In this document: positions 1 to 9,450 of the stretch, one piece after another | Numbering within the stretch: the stretch's first letter is position 1 | How the letters are laid out: the number at the start of each line of letters is the position of its first letter | Assembly (NCBI GenBank): GCA_031258475.1 | Contig: JAIRMS010000046.1 | Span: 1 to 34,180, forward strand | Direction: 5' to 3' | Length of the DNA stretch: 34,180 nt | DNA from: Holosporaceae bacterium | Lineage (GTDB): Bacteria; Pseudomonadota; Alphaproteobacteria; UBA3830 | Made by a program: the position numbers and the translations under genes | Notes under the pieces: model-generated | Seen by the model: the letters and a program-made list of their open reading frames with translations, nothing else | What the model was told of the DNA's origin: nothing | The model's database searches: none

Positions 1-334
1 CTACTCCGTTCACATGCGCCCTCCCGTTAGCAAAAACATCGCCACTGTGCTTCACTCGATAATGCCTTCTGTATCCTTCGTTCACTAGACCATCATATGC
101 TTTCCATTCGTCGCTGTAAATCGTTGAGTCGTTCGGCGCTAACCTCTTGATTATCGGTACCAATTCCTCCGCTGAACAATTCCCAACTATCCGCGGATAT
201 ACTTTGTCCTTTCGCTTTTTCATGCCAAATACTTTCGTTTCCCCTGATGCTACCCGACCCCTCTTGCCTCGAACTCTTCTCGCTCCAAAGTAACTTTCAT
301 CAACTTCTCTCCATATATTCTCTCCAATACCACC
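1..334 (-). pseudogene. IS1595-family (ISXO2-like DDE) transposase remnant, 5'-truncated and running off the window edge
   Basis: The minus-strand frame is open from nt 379 down to nt 1, with a stop (cta on +) at 380-382 and no start codon, so it is absent from the ORF track. My translation is ...GGIGENIWREVDESYFGARRVRGKRGRVASGETKVFGMKKRKDKVYPRIVGNCSAEELVPIIKRLAPNDSTIYSDEWKAYDGLVNEGYRRHYRVKHSGDVFANGRAHVNGV. This follows the DDE_Tnp_IS1595 core pattern (EVDE.YFG..R.GKRGRG...VFG...IYSD.W..Y...H..V.H). The N-terminal Zn-ribbon part is missing. Confidence 0.75.
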
Positions 335-438
335 CTCGAAAAGTCTCACCCGTGGTGAACTAATACATGCATGGCTTAGCTATTGATATTTTTGCTCGCA
401 GTGGTTAGATTTGTTCTGTATTTTTCGAGTATTAACAT

Positions 439-849
439 ATGAGAAATGGTTTATTGATTTGCGGGTTGTGTTTTTTGGTGGCGTGTCAGTCGAGGTTAAA
501 CTCCAGGGGAAACGTGATCGTGGAGGAAAGTTTCAACAGCTTCGTCGTTGGAAAAACCACGATCAACGATGTTTTGGAAAAATGTGGCACTCCGTCGTTG
601 CACAGGGATAATTACTCCTGGATCTACGTTGGTTCGAAGGTCGAGGAAGATGTTTTCAACGAGGTGAAACCTACCTACAAATTCATCGTAAAAATGACTT
701 TTGATCACAATAACGTATTGAAATCTATCAATAAAATCGATTGCAGAGACCATACCGATCTTTCCATAGATGAAGAAATTACATCTTTGATAACCGATCA
801 TGAGGCGAATTTGAAAGTAAACGGCGCGCTTAGCAGGGCACACGATTAA
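439..849 (+). CDS. bamE: Outer-membrane lipoprotein, BamE (SmpA/OmlA)-like
   Basis: 136 aa. The signal peptide ends in the lipobox L-V-A-C (MRNGLLICGLCFLVAC). The following VVGKTTINDVLEKCGTPS...WIYVG matches the SmpA/OmlA-type pattern. Confidence 0.6.
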   Translation: MRNGLLICGLCFLVACQSRLNSRGNVIVEESFNSFVVGKTTINDVLEKCGTPSLHRDNYSWIYVGSKVEEDVFNEVKPTYKFIVKMTFDHNNVLKSINKIDCRDHTDLSIDEEITSLITDHEANLKVNGALSRAHD

Positions 850-853
850 CGAA

Positions 854-2299
854 ATGGAATTTTCCTTTTCGAGCAGAACAAATCGGCTAATTTTCGCGTA
901 CATATTTGCGTTTTCAGTCATCCCCATGGTTACGCGCAACATTATTCCAAATGATATGATCGAGAACTTGTACTGGGGAAAAGAACTTCAGCTGGGATAT
1001 GCAAAACATCCACCGCTATTCGCCTGGATTTCCTATTTTTTTTATAGAATTTTCTTCTCATGGCCGGAATCTCTGTATATTTTAACCCAATTAAATCTGT
1101 TGCTTGGGGTATATTTTATTTTCAAAATTTCACGGCTGGTTTTTGTTGATGAAACAAAGTCCTACGCGGCCGTATTGATTTTTTTGGCTTCTGGTTGTTC
1201 AGTATTTGGAAATGAAAAATTCAACGCAAACACAATTCTGATTTCACTGCTGCCAGCCGTGTTCTATTTTTTTATTCGTCTGCTGAAATTTAATAAAAAC
1301 GCGGATGCCATATTGCTTGGAATATTTTCCGCTCTGGCTTTCCTAGGAAAATATTTTGCGCTTTTATATATGGGATGCATGGCATTATTTTTGATCCTCT
1401 GCAAAGAGTGTTGGAGTCTGTTTCGCAAACCCCAGATTTATATCGCCGCCGCCGTTTTCCTGCTGTGCATTTCATGGCATTTGGCTTGGATATGCGAAAA
1501 TGACTTTATCACTCTGAAATATGCCCTTGATAAATCGGCCAACTGCGCGAAAAACCATTTTTCTGCTTTTAATTTTTTGATAATGCAATTTATATTCTTT
1601 TTCACTTCGTTTTGGGCTTTTGCCTATGCCCATCCGGAAAAGATGCGGTTTACACCGCGCCATGGATACTCGACGGAGGAGAATTTTATCATATTCATCA
1701 CAATTGCGCCCAATGTCCTTTTGTTTTTGGTTTCGGTGATTACAGGAATGAGAATCGGAAGCTTTTGGGGAACAAACATGCTTACGATGATCGGCGTTTA
1801 TCTGCTTATCATTAATGAAAAAATCGATCCGAATAGGTTGTTTGTTTTTGCGAGAAATATATCGGTCTTTTTCGCCGTAGTCCTGTTCATAAAATTGGGA
1901 ATTGCTCGTCGTTTGCTTGGCGAATACGATCCGACTAACATGCTTAATATTCGGGAAATTGCCCAGAGGATAGACGCGGATTGGACCCAAAAATTCGGCG
2001 ATCAGAAAATGAAAATTCTGAAGACGGATAAGGCCACGGCGGCGCTGCACACTCATCTCAAAGATTCTCCGTCAAGCTACGACGTGGCGCGCTGCGATTT
2101 ATTCAGAATCTGCGACTTGCATCCGCACAACAAAAATGTGGTCGTCACGTTTCTATGCGACAAGAACGACGGTGAAATCCACAATTTTCAAAATCTCCAT
2201 GGCGAAAATATTTTATTTGAGAATACGATTCATGTGATCAAAAACTTTTTTGTGTATTATGCTTTTGTAAATATAAGAAATAGTCATGAAAAAAATTAG
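854..2299 (+). CDS. Polytopic membrane glycosyltransferase, family 39/83 (ArnT/PMT-like, uses polyprenyl-phosphate sugars)
   Basis: 481 aa with many hydrophobic helices. The first periplasmic loop motif is NDMIENLYWGKELQLGYAKHPPLFAW (D-x-x-E ... HPPL), typical of ArnT/PMT_2-type enzymes. Confidence 0.7.
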   Translation: MEFSFSSRTNRLIFAYIFAFSVIPMVTRNIIPNDMIENLYWGKELQLGYAKHPPLFAWISYFFYRIFFSWPESLYILTQLNLLLGVYFIFKISRLVFVDETKSYAAVLIFLASGCSVFGNEKFNANTILISLLPAVFYFFIRLLKFNKNADAILLGIFSALAFLGKYFALLYMGCMALFLILCKECWSLFRKPQIYIAAAVFLLCISWHLAWICENDFITLKYALDKSANCAKNHFSAFNFLIMQFIFFFTSFWAFAYAHPEKMRFTPRHGYSTEENFIIFITIAPNVLLFLVSVITGMRIGSFWGTNMLTMIGVYLLIINEKIDPNRLFVFARNISVFFAVVLFIKLGIARRLLGEYDPTNMLNIREIAQRIDADWTQKFGDQKMKILKTDKATAALHTHLKDSPSSYDVARCDLFRICDLHPHNKNVVVTFLCDKNDGEIHNFQNLHGENILFENTIHVIKNFFVYYAFVNIRNSHEKN

Positions 2300-3206
2300 C
2301 GTTGTCGTTCCGTTTTATAATGAATCAGAATCCGTTGGAATATTTTTCAAAACAATTTTTCCTATTCTGAAGCGCACAAAATTAAAATTTGAGATATTGT
2401 GCGTAAACGACGGCAGCACAGATAATACTCTGGAATTGCTAATAGATTTGAAAAAAACCCACCCTGAAATAAAAATTTTGGATTTTTCAAGAAATTTTGG
2501 AAAAGACGCAGCCATCACAGCCGGACTGGATTTCTCCGAAGGAGATTGCGTTGTTCCCATTGACTGCGATCTGCAGGATCCTCTGGAACTGATAATCGAT
2601 ATGCTAAAGAAATGGAAAGAAGGATTCGACGTCGTCCTTGCAAAACGACTGGATCGTTCAGACGACACTCTGGTAAAACGCGTAACCGCGGAACTTTTTT
2701 ACAAGGCGCACAATCTGGTTTCGGATTTAAAACTTCCAGAAAATGTCGGAGATTTCAGATTGATGGACAGAAAAGTTATAGATTCCGTCAGGGCATTTCC
2801 CGAGCGCAAACGTTTCATGAAAGGGCTTTTCGCCTTTGCAGGGTTCAAGACTACGGTCATAGAATATAAGCGCCCGGAAAGAAACAGGGGCACGTCCAAA
2901 TGGTCATATTTAAAATTATGGAACTATGCCATCGATGGCATAACATCTTTTTCCACTTTTCCTCTAAAGATTTCCACATATCTGGGCTTGCTTGCGACGC
3001 TGCTATCTTTTACCCGCGGTGTTTGGATACTTTGCAAAACCATATTTCTCGGAGCAGACGTTCCAGGATACGCTTCACTGACCGTGGCAATACTATTTCT
3101 GGGTGGGATTCAACTGATGAGCCTTGGCATCATAGGGGAATACGTGGGACGTATCTACATAGAATCGAAACAACGTCCGCTCTACATAATAAGGGAAATA
3201 ATATAA
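2286..3206 (+). CDS. GT2 polyprenyl-phosphate glycosyltransferase (ArnC/GtrB-like)
   Basis: 306 aa. It carries VVVPFYNE, CVNDGSTDNT, SRNFGKDAAITAGL, PIDCDLQDP, GDFRLMDRKV and two C-terminal TM helices. It overlaps the upstream GT39 gene by 14 nt. Confidence 0.8.
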   Translation: MKKISVVVPFYNESESVGIFFKTIFPILKRTKLKFEILCVNDGSTDNTLELLIDLKKTHPEIKILDFSRNFGKDAAITAGLDFSEGDCVVPIDCDLQDPLELIIDMLKKWKEGFDVVLAKRLDRSDDTLVKRVTAELFYKAHNLVSDLKLPENVGDFRLMDRKVIDSVRAFPERKRFMKGLFAFAGFKTTVIEYKRPERNRGTSKWSYLKLWNYAIDGITSFSTFPLKISTYLGLLATLLSFTRGVWILCKTIFLGADVPGYASLTVAILFLGGIQLMSLGIIGEYVGRIYIESKQRPLYIIREII

Positions 3207-3260
3207 TTCAAAAAATCGTAATTTACTGTATGATCAGGGGGCATTTTAGAAAGGCGTTAC

Positions 3261-4949
3261 ATGGAAGAAGATAAGCGCAATACAATGATGTTTTTTGCGA
3301 TTTCTATGTTGATCATGGTTGGGTATCCATATTTTTTCAATAGTAATAGAATCGTGGAGCCGACAGCCATAGAAAGTGTCAAAGAAAAATCGGAAGTTTC
3401 GTCGATCTCCCCTCCACTATCGAAAGTCGAAGTTCCGGTTCAACAAATCAAAGCGGAGAATATTTTTATAGAATCCAAAAATCTTTCTGGAATCATTTCC
3501 AGCCGCGGAGTGAAAATCGATAATGTCCGTCTGAAGAAATACAAAAAAGATAAAAGCAATGAAGAAACAGTCCAGGTTTTGGGAGACAGTCGCATTTATT
3601 TTGCACAGACGAGCTGGGTGTCGGATGATTCGAATATCGTTCTTCCGGATGAAAATTCCTGCTGGAAAACAAATTCCACCTCTCTCTCGGAAAATTCTCC
3701 AGTAACTTTGACCTGGGATAACGGCAACGGATTGCTTTTAGAAAAACAAATTTCCGTTGACGAAGGCTTTGTTATTACCATCGTTGATAAAATAAAAAAC
3801 TATGGAGCCGGCAACGTTTCTTTGAGAGCCATGACGATTATCAGTCGTGAATTTGAATCCACCGACGATTCCATGAATTTTTATGAAGGTCCACTTGGAT
3901 ACATAAACGGAAAACTGGAAGAGATAAAATACGAAGATATACTTAAACAAAAGAAGGTTAATTATCAAACCCAGGGCGGATGGTTTGGCATAACAGATAA
4001 GTATTGGCTAACCGCATTTATTCCGAATCAAAAATTGCGCCATAATGTTTCGTATAAATGTGCGTCCACCGGCGGCAAAAATATTTACAGCGTCGAAAGC
4101 ATAACCGACGTTATTTCAATTGCTCCATCCGTTGATATTTCTAAAACACATAATTTATTCATTGGAGCTAAGGAAATAAATACTCTGGACATGTACGAGG
4201 AAAAACTAGGAGTAAAACACTTCGATTTGGCCATTGATTTTGGATGTTTATATTTTCTAACCAAGCCCCTTTTGTACGCTCTGGCCTACACAAATGATTT
4301 GGTTGGTAACATGGGACTGGGGATTTTATTGATTACGTTATTGATCAAATTACTGTTATTTCCGCTGGCGAATAAATCCTATCGATCCATGAATCGTATG
4401 AGCGCTCTTCAGCCAAAAATTCAGGAATTAAGAAAAAAGTACGAAGGAGATAACGTAAAACTTGGTCAAGCGGTTTCAGAAATATATAAGAAGGAGAAAA
4501 TCAATCCTGTCGGAGGGTGCCTGCCGATTTTGATTCAATCTCCAGTGTTGTTCGCCTTGTACAAGGTGCTGTACGTATCCATAGAAATGAGGCAGGCTCC
4601 TTTCATCTGGTGGATCAGTGACCTGTCCCAGGCCGATCCATTGTCGGTGTTTAATTTATTTGGCCTAATACCAATAAATCTTCCGGCGTTTTTGCAAATT
4701 GGAATTTGGCCACTACTGATGGGAATTACCATGCTGCTGCAGCAAAAAATGAGTCCTGCTCCGGCTGATCCGGCTCAGGAAAAAATGATGCTGGTTATGC
4801 CGATAATGTTTACTTTTATGTTTGCTCAGCTGCCGTCTGGATTGGTCATATATTGGACGTTCAGTAATATTTTGGGAATTATCCAGCAATACATAATCAA
4901 AAAACTCGATGAGAAACACAGGAAGAAAGTACAGGCGAAGAAATCGTGA
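3261..4949 (+). CDS. yidC: Membrane protein insertase YidC
   Basis: 562 aa with an N-terminal TM helix, a large periplasmic domain and a C-terminal 60 kDa-IMP core (GLGILLITLLIKLLLFPLANKSYRSMNRMSALQPKIQELRKKY...NPVGGCLPILIQSPVLFALY...YWTFSNILGIIQQ). Confidence 0.95.
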   Translation: MEEDKRNTMMFFAISMLIMVGYPYFFNSNRIVEPTAIESVKEKSEVSSISPPLSKVEVPVQQIKAENIFIESKNLSGIISSRGVKIDNVRLKKYKKDKSNEETVQVLGDSRIYFAQTSWVSDDSNIVLPDENSCWKTNSTSLSENSPVTLTWDNGNGLLLEKQISVDEGFVITIVDKIKNYGAGNVSLRAMTIISREFESTDDSMNFYEGPLGYINGKLEEIKYEDILKQKKVNYQTQGGWFGITDKYWLTAFIPNQKLRHNVSYKCASTGGKNIYSVESITDVISIAPSVDISKTHNLFIGAKEINTLDMYEEKLGVKHFDLAIDFGCLYFLTKPLLYALAYTNDLVGNMGLGILLITLLIKLLLFPLANKSYRSMNRMSALQPKIQELRKKYEGDNVKLGQAVSEIYKKEKINPVGGCLPILIQSPVLFALYKVLYVSIEMRQAPFIWWISDLSQADPLSVFNLFGLIPINLPAFLQIGIWPLLMGITMLLQQKMSPAPADPAQEKMMLVMPIMFTFMFAQLPSGLVIYWTFSNILGIIQQYIIKKLDEKHRKKVQAKKS

Positions 4950-5545
4950 CGACTCTGAGGGAACTATTTAGTTCGGAATGCAAATTTGTGGCCGGGGCAG
5001 CGTCTCCGGATCAAATTCCTCGCTATTTCCTCCAGGAAGTAGCTTTTATCGGAAGGTCGAACGTCGGAAAATCTTCCCTGATAAATGCTCTGACAAGACA
5101 AAAAGATTGCGCTCGCATTTCTAAAACCCCTGGCTGCACTCGGCAGATTAATTTTTTTACTCTGGCCAATAAAATTTCTCTGGTGGATCTTCCTGGATAC
5201 GGATACGCTACCACTTCCCGTGAAATGAGGCGATCCTGGGATCATTTGATCCTAAATTATCTGCTTGAAAGACCTAATCTGCGACGAGTTTTTCTGCTCA
5301 TAGATTCTCGCCACGGAATCAAAAAAAACGACGAAGAAATTATGGAAATTTTAGATAATTCAGCTGTAATGTATCAAGTGATCCTCACAAAAATAGATAA
5401 AATCAAGAACGAAGCTTCTATCGAAGATCTGATGAAATCGCAAATCGCAAATCATGCGGCGGCTCATCCGGTAATTATTTCAACAAGTTCAAAAAAAACG
5501 CTAGGAATACAAGAAATAAGAGAAGAAATCTGGAGATTCATCTAA
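4946..5545 (+). CDS. engB: Ribosome-biogenesis GTPase YihA/EngB
   Basis: 199 aa with G1 GRSNVGKSSLINAL, G3 DLPGYGY and G4 TKIDK. The GTG start overlaps the yidC stop (GTGA). yidC-engB is a conserved gene order. Confidence 0.9.
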   Translation: MTTLRELFSSECKFVAGAASPDQIPRYFLQEVAFIGRSNVGKSSLINALTRQKDCARISKTPGCTRQINFFTLANKISLVDLPGYGYATTSREMRRSWDHLILNYLLERPNLRRVFLLIDSRHGIKKNDEEIMEILDNSAVMYQVILTKIDKIKNEASIEDLMKSQIANHAAAHPVIISTSSKKTLGIQEIREEIWRFI

Positions 5546-5592
5546 AAAGACAGTTGCGCTACTCCGGTAAAAGATGTATAAGGTGATGGTCG

Positions 5593-5613
5593 AGAAAAGC
5601 AAGGTGCTTTTCT
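5593..5613 (+). promoter_or_regulatory. Hairpin in the rpsF 5' leader; candidate S6:S18 autoregulatory element or engB terminator
   Basis: AGAAAAGCA-agg-TGCTTTTCT forms a 9-bp stem with a 3-nt loop, 24 nt upstream of the rpsF ATG. Confidence 0.25.
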
Positions 5614-5636
5614 ATGAGTGGGGTGTTTGGAAAAAC

Positions 5637-6074
5637 ATGAGTTTTTATGAGAATATTTTTATAGGTCGCCAGGACCTATCCCAGCAGCAAATGGAAGCTT
5701 TGGGAGCGAATTTGTGCCTTTTTATTACTCAAAACGGCGGAGATGTGGTTCGTAGCGAGTATTGTGGTTTCAGAAATCTAGCCTATCCAATCAAAAAAAG
5801 CCGTAAAGGGCATTATTATATAATACAGCTAAAGGCAGACGGCCCGTTGATTAAAGAGCTGGAGCGCGTGATGAGGATCAACGAAGATATTATTCGTCAG
5901 CTTACCGTGAGAGTGGACGAGTTTGTTGATAGCGAAAATATAATTTCCCAGGCGAAAACGCTTGCGGATATCATGGCCAAAGACGCTGGATATCGTCATG
6001 CCAGTGATAAAACAGTGGTTACGGAAGAAGTTGCAGAAGAAGTAGAATCTGCGTCGACAGAAGTTCAGGAGTAG
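5637..6074 (+). CDS. rpsF: 30S ribosomal protein S6
   Basis: The internal ATG at 5637 gives [18 protein letters not shown]..., a canonical S6 N-terminus, with an acidic C-terminal tail. The ORF-track start at 5574 adds 21 non-homologous residues. Confidence 0.9.
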   Translation: MSFYENIFIGRQDLSQQQMEALGANLCLFITQNGGDVVRSEYCGFRNLAYPIKKSRKGHYYIIQLKADGPLIKELERVMRINEDIIRQLTVRVDEFVDSENIISQAKTLADIMAKDAGYRHASDKTVVTEEVAEEVESASTEVQE

Positions 6075-6081
6075 GTTTCCC

Positions 6082-6345
6082 ATGAGAAATGAAAAGAAAG
6101 ATGCAAGAGGTAGAGATAGATCTTCTCGAAAAAAGACCAGTTTTAAAAAGAAGGTTTGTCCATTCAAAAGTGGAGCTCTGAGAATTGATTATAAGGATCC
6201 TCGCACTTTGCAGAAGTTCACTACGGAGAGAGGGAAGATAATGCCTTGGAGAATATCCATGGTTTCTGCTAAAAAACAAAGAGCCCTTGCTCAGGCAATT
6301 AAGAGAGCTAGATATTTGGCATTATTGCCTTATGTTGCAGATTAG
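6082..6345 (+). CDS. rpsR: 30S ribosomal protein S18
   Basis: 87 aa with CPF...IDYKD...L.KF..ERGKI.P.RI....AK.QR.L..AIKRAR.LALLPY. Confidence 0.95.
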   Translation: MRNEKKDARGRDRSSRKKTSFKKKVCPFKSGALRIDYKDPRTLQKFTTERGKIMPWRISMVSAKKQRALAQAIKRARYLALLPYVAD

Positions 6346-7240
6346 TTTAGATGAGGATTTTCGACGCGCCGCGTTTCTTGGAGTAAGCGGCGCTTTTTTT
6401 ATTTTCTGTGGCATGTTTTCGTCGTTTCACTCAATATCATTTCTTTCCGGAGTTCCGATATCCGTCGCCTATTTGGCCTACGGCGACAGAAGTGGTTTCA
6501 TTTCCCTGTTTATTGCAACAATTTTACTGTTTTTGGTATCTTCGCCTGAAAGTTCGTGCGATCTGTTTTTAAATATAATGGCTCCCGCGGCGTTGCTGGG
6601 ACATTTTTCCATAAAAAACATTGTGAAAAATCGGAAAACTTGGTGGTATCCGGAAACATTTTTGCTGCGGAATCTGGTTCTGTTGTTTGCGGCTTCCACG
6701 TTATTTTTATCCCTGACGATCTATTCCGAAGATGTTTTGTTGAAAGCAGCTCAGAATGTGAAAGATTCTCTACTTCAATCCAGCGGAGCAAACGCGGTTT
6801 TATTGCAGCAATATTTTATTTCATCCATGAGATATTCCGTTGGAATAGGCGCTTTGATCAAAATATTTATTGCCTTGTCGAATTTCAGTTTGGCTCACTG
6901 TATTACCAAAAAAATTAAAAAAAATATTCGTCCTGGATTCGATTTTAAAAAACTGACCTTCCACTACTTTTTCACAATTTTTCCATTGGTATCACTGACG
7001 CTGGCCAATATATTTACGAGCTTATCATTCGTTGGATCCGGATTGTTCGTGGTGGGATTATTCGCGCCTATGGCAGGTGGACTTTCGGTTGTACACAGAT
7101 TTTTTGAAAAAAACAGGAGCAGGCTGATTACTTTCTATCTCGCTCTGCTGCTGATAACATTACCCCTAATTGTTGGGGTAATTATTTTGGGAATCGTTGA
7201 TAGTTTTTTCCCACTTCATGGGAAAACAGAAGGATTATAG
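6332..7240 (+). CDS. Polytopic membrane protein, DUF2232-like (the gene usually found between rpsR and rplI in alphaproteobacteria)
   Basis: About 302 aa from the ATG at 6332 (the ORF track starts at 6287, inside rpsR). It has multiple TM helices. The family call rests on position after rpsR plus general composition only. Confidence 0.45.
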   Translation: MLQISLDEDFRRAAFLGVSGAFFIFCGMFSSFHSISFLSGVPISVAYLAYGDRSGFISLFIATILLFLVSSPESSCDLFLNIMAPAALLGHFSIKNIVKNRKTWWYPETFLLRNLVLLFAASTLFLSLTIYSEDVLLKAAQNVKDSLLQSSGANAVLLQQYFISSMRYSVGIGALIKIFIALSNFSLAHCITKKIKKNIRPGFDFKKLTFHYFFTIFPLVSLTLANIFTSLSFVGSGLFVVGLFAPMAGGLSVVHRFFEKNRSRLITFYLALLLITLPLIVGVIILGIVDSFFPLHGKTEGL

Positions 7241-7242
7241 TA

Positions 7243-8553
7243 ATGGAATTTGTTAGTCCTCTGTGGTCGGTCCCTTTTTTGGGAATCATTCTCTCGATGT
7301 CGTTTTTGCCACTTCTGGGCCCAAAATTTTGGGAAAAATACTCATGCTATGTTCCTTTGTTTTGGTCGGCGGTATATTTACTTCCGGTTTCCTATTGTTT
7401 TGGCTTTTCGAAAATCGCTCCAGCCATTTTTGAGCCGATACTTGCCGACTATATTCCTTTTATAATTCTAATTGCCACTCTGTACGTTGTTTCCGGAGGA
7501 ATTTTTGTGGATTTTCCCAGGGGAAACGGACCTCTTTTCAACTCCCTGTTTTTATTTTTTGGAAGTATCGTGGCGGGATGGATAGGAACCACCGGAGCGG
7601 CAGCTCTGCTAATTCGTCCTTTTTTGCGTGCGAATTTGGGACGAAGACACACGACCCATCTGATGGTTTTTTTTATATTTCTAGTTGCCAATGTTGGAGG
7701 AGCGGCTACTCCGCTGGGTGATCCTCCGTTGTTTATAGGATTCCTTAAGGGAATAGATTTTTTTTGGTTTATAAAGCATTTGTATCCGTTCCTGTTCGGT
7801 ACGACCACTGTTCTTTGTCTGCTATTTTTCATAATAGATTTCATATTGTTTAGAATTGATCTAGGAATCTCCTATGACAAAGGCAATGAACCAGTTTTCA
7901 GGATCCAGGGTTCGTCGAATATTATTCTAATAATATTGATTTTGCTAAGCGTTATTTTTTGCAATTTCAAAGGCGGATTTATGCTATGCGGAGAGAATTT
8001 TTCATACTCTTCCATCCTAAGAAACTTTTTACTTTTGCTTATCTCATTGATTTCTCTAAAAATTACTCCGGACGAAATCCGCATAAAAAATAGTTTCTCG
8101 CTTGCTCCGATAAAAGAAATCGCCGAGCTATTCGCCGGAATTTTTATAACGGTCACTCCAATTATAAATATACTGCATCAAGGAATTAATGGGGAATTTA
8201 GAAATTTATTTCAGTGGATTGCTCCACAGGGGGAATTCATTGCCGACAGATGTTTCTGGGTCAGTGGAGCGCTATCTTCGATTCTAGATAACGCTCCCAC
8301 ATTCCTTATTTTCTTCCATCTAACGGCCGGCGATCCGCATGTTCTAATGACGTTAAAGTCGAATATTCTAACGGCCTTTTCCCTGTCGACGGTATTTATG
8401 GGAGCGCTGACGTACATTGGGAATGCTCCGAATTTAATAGTAAAGTCCGTATCAATCACCCATGGATTGAAAGTTCCATCATTCCTTGGATATATGATAT
8501 GGTCGTTCGCAATATTACTGCCGATTTTCGCGGCAATCTCATGTTTTCTATAG
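7243..8553 (+). CDS. ArsB/NhaD-superfamily ion transporter (annotated in relatives as a sodium:proton antiporter)
   Basis: 436 aa with about 11-12 TM helices. It has the N-terminal PFLGIILSMSFLPLLGPKFWEKY motif, GGAATPLGDPPLFIGF and a C-terminal ILDNAPTFLIF segment. Confidence 0.55.
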   Translation: MEFVSPLWSVPFLGIILSMSFLPLLGPKFWEKYSCYVPLFWSAVYLLPVSYCFGFSKIAPAIFEPILADYIPFIILIATLYVVSGGIFVDFPRGNGPLFNSLFLFFGSIVAGWIGTTGAAALLIRPFLRANLGRRHTTHLMVFFIFLVANVGGAATPLGDPPLFIGFLKGIDFFWFIKHLYPFLFGTTTVLCLLFFIIDFILFRIDLGISYDKGNEPVFRIQGSSNIILIILILLSVIFCNFKGGFMLCGENFSYSSILRNFLLLLISLISLKITPDEIRIKNSFSLAPIKEIAELFAGIFITVTPIINILHQGINGEFRNLFQWIAPQGEFIADRCFWVSGALSSILDNAPTFLIFFHLTAGDPHVLMTLKSNILTAFSLSTVFMGALTYIGNAPNLIVKSVSITHGLKVPSFLGYMIWSFAILLPIFAAISCFL

Positions 8554-8561
8554 AAAACGAA

Positions 8562-9422
8562 ATGTCGCAGCACATTCCTGTTTTATTAAGGGAAGTGATG
8601 ACCATGCTCGCTCCCAGAGATGGCGGAATCTACTTCGACGGAACTTTCGGCGGCGGCGGATATACAAAGGCAATTCTGGAAGCCGCAGATTGCAAAGTAA
8701 TCGCGGTCGATCGCGACATCCATGCCGCAACCATCGCCGACGAATTTAAAAATAGATATCCCTCCAGATTTGATTTCTTCCACGCAAAATTTGGCGATAT
8801 AAAAACAATTATAAAAACCAAATTGGACGGAATTGTTCTGGATCTGGGCGTTTCTAATTTTCAATTAACGGATCCCTCAAGAGGATTTTCCTTTAATCTT
8901 TCAGGTCCTTTGGATATGCGAATGGGGCTATGCGACGACAGCGCGCTGGACATTATTCGAAAATACTCGGAACAAAATTTGGCGAACATCATCTACGAAT
9001 TAGGAGAAGAGCACTTTTCTCGGAGAATCGCAAAAAGTATTAAACTGAATCTTTCCAAAATACACAGTACGGAAGATTTGGCCAACGTAATTCGTTCCTG
9101 TGTAAAAAGGAGAGGAAAAACCGATCCTGCAACCAAAACGTTCCAAGCTTTGAGAATTTTCGTAAACAAAGAACTGGAAGAATTAAAAAATGTCCTGCGT
9201 GATTCCGTCGATCTCTTAAATTCCAATGGAAAAATTATGGTCGTCAGTTTCCATTCGCTGGAAGATCGCATGGTGAAATTCTTTTTTAAAGAGCTTGCAT
9301 CGAGCGGAAAATTCAGCTTATTGACCAAAAAACCAATCGCCCCATCCGCAGAGGAAATTTCACGCAATCGCAAATCAAGATCGGCAAAACTTCGCGGAGT
9401 TTGTATGCAGGAAACGGCATGA
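8562..9422 (+). CDS. rsmH: 16S rRNA (cytosine1402-N4)-methyltransferase RsmH/MraW
   Basis: From the ATG at 8562: MSQHIPVLLREV, DGTFGGGGY, DLGVSNFQL, PLDMRM, FHSLEDRMVK, SRSAKLR. Confidence 0.9.
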   Translation: MSQHIPVLLREVMTMLAPRDGGIYFDGTFGGGGYTKAILEAADCKVIAVDRDIHAATIADEFKNRYPSRFDFFHAKFGDIKTIIKTKLDGIVLDLGVSNFQLTDPSRGFSFNLSGPLDMRMGLCDDSALDIIRKYSEQNLANIIYELGEEHFSRRIAKSIKLNLSKIHSTEDLANVIRSCVKRRGKTDPATKTFQALRIFVNKELEELKNVLRDSVDLLNSNGKIMVVSFHSLEDRMVKFFFKELASSGKFSLLTKKPIAPSAEEISRNRKSRSAKLRGVCMQETA

Positions 9423-9450
9423 CACAAAACGAAGAAGCCCAATTTACGAA

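Noticed and set aside
411-611. 66-aa ORF overlapping the bamE start in another frame
   Set aside because: It is fully overlapped by the better-supported lipoprotein ORF (signal peptide plus lipobox) and has no motifs.
1472-2056. Long antisense ORFs inside confident genes (for example 1472..2056, 8993..9511, 13836..14375, 26174..26665, 7449..7844)
   Set aside because: Each lies entirely within a gene on the opposite strand that has clear family motifs. The translations are low-complexity or basic with no motifs. These are shadow ORFs.
5574-5636. The upstream ATG at 5574 as the rpsF start
   Set aside because: It adds 21 residues (MYKVMVEKSKVLFYEWGVWKN) that are not part of S6. The canonical S6 N-terminus MSFYE.. 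begins at 5637.
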